Shown: positions 50,901 through 58,600 of the stretch, piece by piece | Position numbering within the stretch: the stretch's first letter is position 1 | How the letters are laid out: the number at the start of each line of letters is the position of its first letter | Virus record (IMG/VR): IMGVR_UViG_3300042988_001309 | Span: 1-64,000 of that record | Source: a virus | DNA length: 64,000 nucleotides | Reading direction: 5' to 3' (one strand) | Translations under genes and position numbers: made by a program | Notes under the pieces: model-generated | What the model was told of the DNA's origin: nothing | Databases searched by the model: none | What the model saw: only the letters and a program-made list of their open reading frames with translations

Positions 50901-51485
50901 GGCGGTGAGCAATGGGGCGACGTGATCCCCGACCACCCGGCCGACCAGTACCGCACCGGCATCTGGCGTGGTGGCAACTCGGGGATGTCGGCCTACGGCG
51001 CTGGCGTCTACATGGCCATCGGCGTGCAGACGGGAGCCGCGGCCGTTGCCGACATGGCGAGCCGGGTGTCGACGGCTCGGACCTATTCGGGGAGTTCCAA
51101 CACCTACAACTTCTCGACGCCCACCGCGGCGGCAACGGCGGCGGCCGACTACAAGGCCCGCAACCCGCACGCCTCGGTGACGGTGAGGGGGCTCCGGGTC
51201 GAGGTCAGCGACCAGCGCGTCATCCGGGGCACGATCAAGCGTGACGCCCGCCTGGTCCCCGGCGGTCAGGACCAAGCCGAGGTGCTCGGCAAACAGCTCC
51301 AGGCCATGTTGCGCAAGGACCCCCGCTACAAGGACAACGACGCCCTCATCTCCGCTGTCGGCAACCCCGGCATCGCCGCCCCGCTGTATGGCTACGACGG
51401 CTACAAGGCCAACGACGGCGCCGACTACTTCGTGCTCCACAACCGTGGGGCGATCCGCATCGTCGACAACGACATTAAGGTTTGA
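44943..51485 (+). CDS. 2180-aa polyvalent protein with a C-terminal ART-like domain
   Basis: Shared leader at the N-terminus. C-terminal ARG...YGAGVYMA...A.TY...GYDGY...YFVLHNRGAI. Confidence 0.75.
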   Translation: MAFVWRWAPGEVKATVAGTANRFGNLGGSQINAAKLVSLVTRAAVPGRPGAAARATLTRFGYDAAGNPLSGQGPTVAQMAAAANVPGPNVPNAPSPSSPNAPGAPSTPNAPSAPSAPLPPPQPTAPNAPGPVSSSTPGPGAPSAAALPAMPSVPGSVAGANTVPVLDANGSPRPVMTVDKVDDFPTSNAIVDSSIILSDALTEVVTTMGGTYGDDTPENYTAVNAFVTEAAQTLVDLDLAANFDAGLGANHRPWPTADQLYTAVTRGYQAAWQSVAKLHGDTPSDQSTTDEVLTPGPGWHSPMTGRDYPGMPADVPLPDYFDNVTMGPEPTLPSGSPRPPLRLPDPNLPQRPTVIVNQDGRLFSLMASISSAFRTTYGKDSPERRIAIGAFLAETSQSATDFGFKPTGWGSFANGKSPTDEQLMVIADRGRRSAFQSVADFHDAQLAPAAVTERDDIYLPDRGEQTIKVNSLTDVVDDATLPYVEIPPSWGNGGPGAAKRPSDAELAWKFSLDYGAPGTVAQRLAYNTWAVWASKWRRNDPAKYRVLAMSTAEAQGIEENARFDMVTRVLAHPSTEAIAVPGSRSVQDTEHREWVELPAGAGAPDPRANPGKTYTAAGLRDGSDPYVPRPVGLARSGSAFDKLIDNPIDAEWMTSHGYPPDPVLLAVAQSAWADAVNERTFYAERRGYSVIPSINTIVLDAETDIARRLADAQWSRTQDPPVPINLGWGDGVKDDDYSVLTDPYLFGPNGRTGAKNLWDLNFDAWEKMGGDRSSVIARSTQLIADHKYAPDDVTPLLRTDFRRGSPAIDIPHDYLDAYLKTGGMDVARRDRSVLAQNDQFAMLSFTPDSAYAQWIAVDIAKRRVDGEATRHDDMIQARIDDATAQDLIAFAQGLAGVDVSDPTAPQYPAGRDTYIVALAAMGNQFDQLPKIISGNDIDAAKAAAVTAVKAASMAQLPGLEAALAFAKSGDPNDDYGWADLDAEYQAIKMAIGPAAARAYLAGGLSLVAQEGNTLAQPRDNARGVLARVLEARDAQTPLDPTLISALLAVNPELLPIQYRPVVRQPRVTLNLVGDPLPPVKVGLPIGGPDPASLMPSLDVTLPPPVALPAADADLSIPAGPDLTGTPPVQMLAEIEVGNRMAHANGEPRPWLMERAASALANAIEGYVWETWDGGPGSAHDQKFNTQQVDVPAGEAVIRLLSRDVTNFGMVTDVARQSATAEIVGKMVDSWNGDQYSFRYGSNKPPTGLSGPAMADVAINLVNKLLGDPGPDANPEPGRPNRGWVGRADSNMRMMMALAMVPKVRDDGTISGRGERLVFQALDTISKAQLNELGGRYDLTKLSMPSIDQLRGMKFFRPVAATYQRAVLNGDDPIAAVDALIDNIGPLNLAVTGSTSYDSPTQKLRFHDLMQQAGNGIVRAALPPHSSAPGTGANKWRFVMTGDLYVELGVDIGDPQATTIEFTMAWNAAMAKLDEYDKKYPGIKDSPEAFTSARLSGARKAMLNAAKKEWDALQNGSRKPLKLTDYSAVPRAKSPDPALDPQLAIIAPGSGPVVVPYWLDAKQLPNTKAYFDARGAAGDRGRKVAGREVSGALDARYANDPAGRADLDDLIGAVTVGLPGDKVGDVTLAAYSAAANPAAIHPLDAAYNAAAEMVMTYKLDRATADVNSQGDLPGLNDIESAISDDGNRAVISAIYRAQINANARPVVNTLVAAQTLVRHGQMNQSEYDSLVNVVQSTYRQRAMASSFAAARARIGAINTATYSGIAYDDPAVAHAMAKVAEFDIVADIPDESKVVATNAAIAVIAAADILNPGWEFDDDLKGQVWNAATDAANAAHELRSNGEPTSMVFNPDGALTFLGYGDRAPEQILDGTVHHVLARRSSHVMDVPVALDSHVNNGAYYVDDPLGVLADEALDETIKNMERGLPGSKLAANILRDDGGAVYDGLLQAIYLAQGYSVEPDIISESEWNLDVQSEFGFARGVGPADSGGEQWGDVIPDHPADQYRTGIWRGGNSGMSAYGAGVYMAIGVQTGAAAVADMASRVSTARTYSGSSNTYNFSTPTAAATAAADYKARNPHASVTVRGLRVEVSDQRVIRGTIKRDARLVPGGQDQAEVLGKQLQAMLRKDPRYKDNDALISAVGNPGIAAPLYGYDGYKANDGADYFVLHNRGAIRIVDNDIKV

Positions 51486-51490
51486 GCCCC

Positions 51491-51886
51491 ATGATCGACG
51501 CACAGGCCCGCATCGCTTTCGGCCAGCGCCTCGACGAGGCCGCCAAGTGGCCGCCGCTGTGCTTCCACTTCGCCGGGTCGCCGTCATCGTTCATCGGCCC
51601 TCGGGTCAACCTCGACGAGGGGACCATGACCGAGGACCTCGCCGCCGAGGTGGAGGCCGCCGAGCTGTACGCCCAGACGTGGACGGGCACCTACGAACAG
51701 TTCCTCCACGACGTGTGGCGTCCGGCGTTCGACGAGTGGATGGACCTCAACGAGGCCGCCATCGAGGAACGGGCGCACGCCTACCGGCTCGCCGACGGCA
51801 AGCTCGACGACGAGGAGCGAGCGGCGCCGCTGGTGCGCCTCGATCGGCCGGGGCCCGTCATCGACCCCGACGACGAACTGTTCTGA
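51491..51886 (+). CDS. Small acidic protein, candidate immunity protein
   Basis: Starts just after the stop of the giant ORF; Asp/Glu-rich. Confidence 0.55.
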   Translation: MIDAQARIAFGQRLDEAAKWPPLCFHFAGSPSSFIGPRVNLDEGTMTEDLAAEVEAAELYAQTWTGTYEQFLHDVWRPAFDEWMDLNEAAIEERAHAYRLADGKLDDEERAAPLVRLDRPGPVIDPDDELF

Positions 51887-51893
51887 GACGCGC

Positions 51894-51936
51894 AACAGGC
51901 CGACTCCGAGAGGTGCGCGCTCCGGGTCGGCCTGTT
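51894..51936. terminator. Stem-loop between the convergent gene and tRNA
   Basis: 11-bp stem AACAGGCCGAC/GTCGGCCTGTT. Confidence 0.6.
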
Positions 51937-51970
51937 ACTGGGCGGCCCCGGGGGGACGGGACACTGCCAG

Positions 51971-52046
51971 TGGCACCGACCGGATTTGAACCGGCGACCT
52001 CCTGGTTATGAGCCAGGCGAGCACATCCGAACTGCTCCACGGTGCG
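51971..52046 (-). tRNA. tRNA-Met(CAT), initiator-like
   Basis: Cloverleaf CGCACCG-TG-GAGC..GCTC-G-CCTGG CTCATAA CCAGG-AGGTC-GCCGG TTCAAAT CCGGT-CGGTGCC-A. C1:C72 mismatch, A11:U24 pair, CCA not encoded. Confidence 0.9.
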
Positions 52047-52071
52047 GGGTGCATCATGCCACAGAGGTTCT

Positions 52072-52089
52072 GGTCAAGGTGACTTGACC
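52072..52089. promoter_or_regulatory. Operator GGTCAA-N6-TTGACC (perfect) between the divergent tRNA and gene cassette
   Basis: GGTCAAGGTGACTTGACC. Confidence 0.8.
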
Positions 52090-52119
52090 TAGAGGGATAC
52101 CAGTCATTATGGTGACCTC

Positions 52120-55100
52120 ATGACCACTTCCCAGAACCTCACCCCAGACACCAAGGTCGAGATCATGTTGATCGACGACGGCTACTACGGGGCCGCCGAC
52201 GTGACGCTGGGCTCGCTCGATGCCTATCTGGACCTCCTCGCCATCAACGACCAACTCCTCCTCGCCCTCAACGACGGCCTCGGCCGCCATGAGTGGGTCC
52301 CGACCGAGCCGCTGGAGGCCCGCTCGGTGACCGTGGACGTGTGCATCAACGGCTGGGTCACCTGTGGCGGCAAGATCACCCTCGCCCGGGTCGTCGAGCT
52401 GGCCGCCGACCGCGGTGGCGCCGCCGATGCCCTCGCCGCCGCCGCTGCCGAGCTGCTCGACAGCCTCCCCGCTGAACGGCGCCAGTCATGAAGTCCAAGG
52501 ACATCGAGGCCATCATCGGCCAGACCCGCATCATCCAGCCCCCCAACTCGACCTGGAAGCCGCCCACCATCGGGCGCATCCTCGGGGTCGGCTACGACGC
52601 CGGGAACGGCTGGACCCGCTACGAGCCGCGCAAGCGCCCCGGCGCTCGGGGCATCTTGGTCGAGGTGCCCGACACCGGCTTCCACATCCCGGCGGACGAG
52701 CGCAACGCGCGGAGCCTGGACGGCCGCACCCGCAAAGAGGTCGTGCCCCCCGCCCACGTTCTGGCCGTGGACCCCGACACGTTCTGGGCCGAGCTGGACG
52801 CCCAGACCGAGCGCCAGCGGGCTCAGATGGACGCCGACAAGCGCTACATCCAGGACCTCGACGACGCCATGGAGCCCATCGTCGTCGCGCTGGCCGGGCT
52901 CGACATCGTGGCCTCACCCCAGGGCTACAACTCGCGCCTGACCATTTACCTGGACGCCGACAAGGCTCGCACCCTCGCCGACATCATCGCCCGAGGTCTG
53001 GCGGCCCAGTCGTGACCGAGGTGATCTCCGAGCTGGAGCGGGTCCGCAACCAGCGCAATATGTACCTGGAGATCGGCGAGCGGGCCATGCGCGAGCGTGA
53101 CGCCGCCCAGGCCGTCATCGCCGAGGTCCGCAAGCTCCACCGCCGCATCGACCGGGTCCACAACGACGAGCCCGAGTCGGTGTGCGCCGTGTGTCGCGAG
53201 GAGTGGCCGTGCGACACGATCGCCCTGCTGCCCCCGATCGAGGGCGACGACGATGAGTGAGACAAACGCCGACCACGTCCAGCGGGCTAGATCGGTTTAC
53301 GTTGCCGACTGCTGTCCCTCATGTGCGTCGGTTGAACACCTCGCCTCGATTGTGTCGGCTCCTGGGGTGGTGGACCTCGACCCCGCACACACCGCCGAGA
53401 TCCTGACGTGGCTAGTGGAACTAGGGCGTCTATCGATCGCCACCAAGTACACGACTGCGTGGGCGGCGTGGAGCAAGTTGTGGGATCACATCGACACCTG
53501 CCCGCCCCATGTGGCCGAAGCACTCAGGAAGGTGACGTCATGAGCGCCTTCGATCAGTTCGTCGCCGAGGCGCAACGGTTCGCTGGGCTCAGCGAGCAGA
53601 GGATTCGCGCCATGTTCTACAGCGAGGCCGAGGTCTACGCCACGCTCGCGCTCGTCAACGCCACCCTGGCCGTGGCGCACAAGGACGAGGCGCCCTGATG
53701 GCCGACGACATCGAGTGGGAGTACGAGAAGGCGATCCGGCGGGCCGAGGCCACCCACGACTCCGACCGCGCCCTGGAGCTGTCAATCGGCCTTGCGCAGT
53801 ATCGAACGATGTTCAAACCGGGAGGACCAAGCGATGGCTGAGTGTCGACCCATGCCCGCCAGGCAGACCTGGCTGTACGGCCCCGGCTATGTCCGGTTCC
53901 GGTCGCACGCCTATCACCGCCAGCTCAAGCGGGCGCGCACCTGGAAGATGCGCAGGAGGGCACGATGACCCACCGAGACGACCTTGAAGCCGTGTTACTC
54001 GCCCTACCGAGGGCAACAGCGAAACACTCAGCCGACGCGGTGATCGAGTTCTACCGCAACCCCGAGCGCCTCATGGCCCTGATCCGCGAGGTCCGCGGCC
54101 CGGTCGAGGAAGTGTTCTCGTCGGGGGTCAACCTCTGGTCGAGCAAGTTCTTCACCACCCACCTGCCCGATGACCGCGCCACATTGCTCGCCCGACGTTG
54201 GATGGAGGGGACATGAGCGACACGGAAGTCCAATACGGCCGCCGCCTCGACTGCGCCATGAACGGCTGCAACCCGCCACACGGCGACGACGGCACCACCT
54301 ACGCGTGGCCCGAGACCTGGGGCGAGCCCGATGTGACCGAGCCGCTCCCGATCAACAACCACGCCGCCGTGTGGGTGAAGCGGACCATCGTCATCAGTGA
54401 CTGGGAGGAAGCGTGAGCGCCGATCACCGCATCCATGTCACCGGCTGGGACGACGGCCCGGTGTACGAGCTGGAGTGCCTCCACGGCCCCGACGAGTTCG
54501 TCCCGTACTACGAGCGACCCTCCGGCCCGTGCCGGTGCATCGAGGACTTCCCACCGGGCTGCACGATGTGCCTGCCGGTCGAGAACGACGACGACCCGGA
54601 CCACTACGGCTGTGAGAACTACGGCGAGGCCAACACCCTCGGCCCAGAGTGCCAGACCAACCCCGGAGCGCCCGGCGAGTGCTGGCTGACCGACTTCTGG
54701 AACGAGCTGGGCACCGAGAACATCCACGGCGTCATGCACGGCCCCCCGCCGTGGGACATGGTCACCGAGGTCTCCGCCGACGAGTACCCCGAGATGGGTC
54801 AAGACCCCGAGCAGGCCAAGGCCCGCCTCGACACGGCTGCGTCGTGAACCTCTGCCCGTCATGGGTCGGCCCCTACATCACCCCGAGCGAAAGGAAAGTT
54901 GACATGACCGATGGAGCCCACCTGGGCCTCACTGCCGAGGCCTCCCTCGATGCCGTGCTGGGAAACGCGCGCCCGAAAGAGAACAGTGGGATGAACCCCG
55001 TGGAGATGCGCGACTACCTGATGAGCCAGAACCAGCCTGATGGCTACTCCGGCACCGCCGCCTACTGCGCGCGTCTCCTGCTGGAGGCGTTCCTCACCGA

Positions 55101-55326
55101 GCCCACACTGGCTCGCCTGCCCGGCGACGACGTGTGGGACCACTCCGATGGTTTCGAGAACCGCAAGCTCGTCACCAAGGGCCTGTGGAGCACGCTGAAA
55201 GAGCGGGGCTCGGAGATCGCCGAGCTGGACCTCACCGGCTTCATGTGGGGCTGGGCCGTCAATGCCGCCCGGTTCTGCGTCGAGCTGGAGCCCGTGGCGA
55301 ACCCGGCGATCATCACTGTCACCTGA
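52120..55326 (+). other. Cassette of about 11 small coupled hypothetical genes (e.g. 52120-52491, 52488-53015, 53012-53260, 54413-54847, 54904-55326)
   Basis: Own promoter TTGACC-N18-TATGGT; ATGA/GTGA overlaps; several Cys-rich products. Confidence 0.6.
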
Positions 55327-55374
55327 GCCCGCCCATCAGAGTCATCGAGGTTGACCTGGTGCGATGATGGCGTC

Positions 55375-55665
55375 ATGCGGATCACCCTCGGGGCAGGACT
55401 GGAAGTGAAGGCCGGACCGCAAGGCGGGGCCGACCGCAACCGTGGGGGCGCCGAGCAACTGCGCCGCTACTGGACGGTCGGGCCCGGCGCGGCCCGTATC
55501 CGCTGGGGCACTCCCGGCGACTGGACGCGCTGCGTCCGCCAGCTCACCGAGCACATGGGCCCTCGCGCCCGTGGCTACTGCCAGCTCCGTCATATCGAGG
55601 CCACCGGCGTCGGGACCGGCTCCAAGCTGAACCCCGGCCGCCGCAAGGGCCGCAAGCGCGCGTGA
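55375..55665 (+). CDS. Small head-module protein (Cys/His motif)
   Basis: LRRYW..G.GAARIRWGTPGDWTRCVRQL...GYCQLRH..ATG, a motif I associate with actinophage head-morphogenesis proteins. Confidence 0.6.
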   Translation: MRITLGAGLEVKAGPQGGADRNRGGAEQLRRYWTVGPGAARIRWGTPGDWTRCVRQLTEHMGPRARGYCQLRHIEATGVGTGSKLNPGRRKGRKRA

Positions 55666-55666
55666 C

Positions 55667-58600
55667 ATGACCGCCGACCAGGGCCGCATCTTGGCCATGG
55701 CGATCCTGCTGGAGGGCGCGATCCGAGACGCTCCTGCCCTCCCCGGCAAGGGTCCGCTCGCCTCGATCGCCGAGGTCTACAACCGCCTGCTCGCCGACCC
55801 CTCCGATCGCTACGGCGGCCCGGCGTTGATCGAGTTCGTGCTCGACGCCGCCCGCCGTCATGGCGCTGCGGTGCCCGGCGGTGAGGGCAAGTCGATCGAG
55901 CAGAGGTTCGGCAACCGGGGCGGCAAGCTCACCCCCGACGGCCTGCTGCGCCTCACCTCCACCGCCCTGCTCCCCAACGACCGAGGCCGAGCGGCACGGG
56001 CCACCCTCACCCGCTTCACCGGCCGGGGCAAGCTCGACCTCCCCGACGGTGATCGCCGCCAGGTCGACCACGCCCAAGCCTCGACGCTGTTCAACCGTGA
56101 GCGCCAGCGCAACCTGTTCGGCGCCCAGGCGGGCCATCTGTCGGCCGTGGAGATCGGCAAGCGGTTCACCCTGCCCGAGTCGTTCAAGGCCCGCGCCATC
56201 GGGGACCTGATCGCCCAGGACCCCTCCCGCGGCACCGAGTACGGCGGGACCGGCCGGTATCAAGACGGCTTCTACAGCGGCAACTGGAGCGTCGTGCTCG
56301 CCAACGCCCAGCGGCTCGACCCGAGCCTGGACGAGCGCTCCCCGGTCGGTGACGTGCTCGCCGCCTCCCAGCCGCCCGCCATCGGCTTCAACAACCCCGA
56401 ACAGGACCCCGCCTCGATCGCGCTGGCCGCCCGCCTCGCTGCCTCCGCCGACCCCGACGCCGAGCGCCGGGCATGGGCCACCGAGCAGGGCTGGACCGCC
56501 GAGGCCGGATACGTCGCCGCCCTCCAGGGCTGGTGGATCAACGACAGTTCCTCCCCGTGGGCCCAAGCGATGACGCTGGCCGCCGCTCAACGTCTCGGCG
56601 ACCCGAGCGACATGGCCCGCTCGCTCAGTCACCTCCAGGCCAAGGCCGCCGAGTGGGAGCCCGGCACGCTGGTCGGCCAGGACATCCTCGACTCCGCCGA
56701 GGGCCCGGCGCTGCGCCAGGCCGTCATGGCCATCTATGACCACACCCAGGCCCGCCTCGCCGACTACGGGCTCCGGCCCGACGACCTGATCGAGCTGTAC
56801 CGAGGGATCGGCCCCGACAACGAGATCCGCACCGGCGACACCGCCATCGCCGACCCGCTCACGTCGTGGTCGTCGAACCCCGCCGTGGCGTTGTCGTTCA
56901 CCAAGGTCCGCCGCGGCGGATCGGTGCTCAGCGGCTCGGTGCCCGCCCGCTCGATCCTCATGCTCATCACCGACGCCACCGGCTACGGCGGGCTCCACTA
57001 CGCGAAGTGGGAATGGCACCTCGACTCCCAAGAGGAGTTCGTGACCCTCGGTGGCCCGGTGAACGTGACGGTGACCAGGACCCAGGACCCGGTCGGGCTC
57101 CTGCACGGGTCGACCCCGGTCGAGTCGGTGATCGCCCGAGGTCCCGGCTTCAAGTCGGCCCGGCGCGAGGTGTACGTGGACGGCGACAACTGGATGCACG
57201 TCGTGCGCTCCGCCATGCCGTCATCGGGCATGAAGGCCCGGTTCGGCAACGCCGGGACGGCCAAGCTGTCCGCCGCTCGCCTCGCCAGCTTGATGGAGCG
57301 AGCCCCGACGAGCCCCCAGGCGCGAGCCACGCTCACCCGGTTCGGGATCGACTGGCATCGCCCGGCCGCTCCGGCCGCTCCGGCCAAGAACCCCGCCGTG
57401 CCGGAGCGCCTTGTCCTCGGCGTGCCCGGCTGGGACCAACAGTTCACCGCCCACCCCGAGGCGATCGAGCCGGTAATGCTGGCGCTGGAGGCCGAGGACC
57501 GCCTGCGCGCCTACGCCGCCAACGTCGGCACGGTCACCGACCGCTGGTCGGGCCGCTCCGAGGACTATCGGACCACCATCTTCAACAACGCCCAGTCGTT
57601 GCAGGCCGTCATGAAAGCGACGGTCAACGACCCGGACAACATGCCGGTCGATGTGGATTGGACCTCCGAGACCGTCGACATCGCCCACCAGACATGGGTC
57701 GACGCTCGCCCGTTCACCGACTGGTCCGTTCATGGCCCCGAGGACCGTTCGGCGTGGCTGCTCGCCGCGGCCAAGCGCCGGGTCTCGGGCGAGGACTGGG
57801 GCGTGGCGGTGACCAACGTGGCCCGCCGCCTGGCCGACGGCACGGCCCCCGAGGACACCTACGACCCCAACGACCAAGACGCCAACCAGCGGGCCGGGGT
57901 GACGAGGTACGACCCGTTCCTCGATCTCCAGCACGGCTGGGCGCTCTACAACGGTCTGCGCGACCCGGCGGTGACGACCCCCTCGCCCACCCCGCTGTAT
58001 CGGGGCATGTCGTTCACCCCTGACGGCAAGGCCATCGCCGTCGGGGACCGGATCGACATCGCCGCCGCCTCGTTCTCCCTGTCGAGCGACGTGGCCGACT
58101 CGTTCGCCCTCGACCGCAACTTCGACGAGGAATCTCAGGTCGCCACCGATGACGAATCCCTCGCCGCCACCGATCGGATGCGAGCCGAGCACTACCCCAA
58201 CGCGTCGCGCGTCGTGTACGTCGCCGCCCCCGGCACCCCGGGCTTCGATGCCACCAGCTTCTCGGTGCGCGGCGAGCAGGAGTGGCTCGTTGGCGGCACG
58301 TTCACCGTGACCGCCATCGACGAGGGCGACCGCGTCCGCTACATCCACATCGCCCCCGCTGCCACCAAGGCCGCACGCCGGTGGCGGATGGACCCCACCG
58401 ACTTGCCCGCCGATCTGGACTGGCCGGTGCGGCCGTCATCGGGGATGAAGGCCCGTTTCGGCAACGCCCACTCCGCCAAGCTCACCCCGGCCCGCCTGGC
58501 CAGCCTGCTGTCGCGTGCGGCCACCAGCCCCCAGGCGCGAGCCACGCTCACCCGGTTCGGCGTGGATTGGCGCACCGGCGCCATCGCCAACCCACCGGCC

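Noticed and set aside
51971-52046. tRNA as a prophage attachment site or host boundary
   Set aside because: The tRNA is complete, far from the integrase, has no duplicated 3' fragment that I can see, and has phage genes on both sides.
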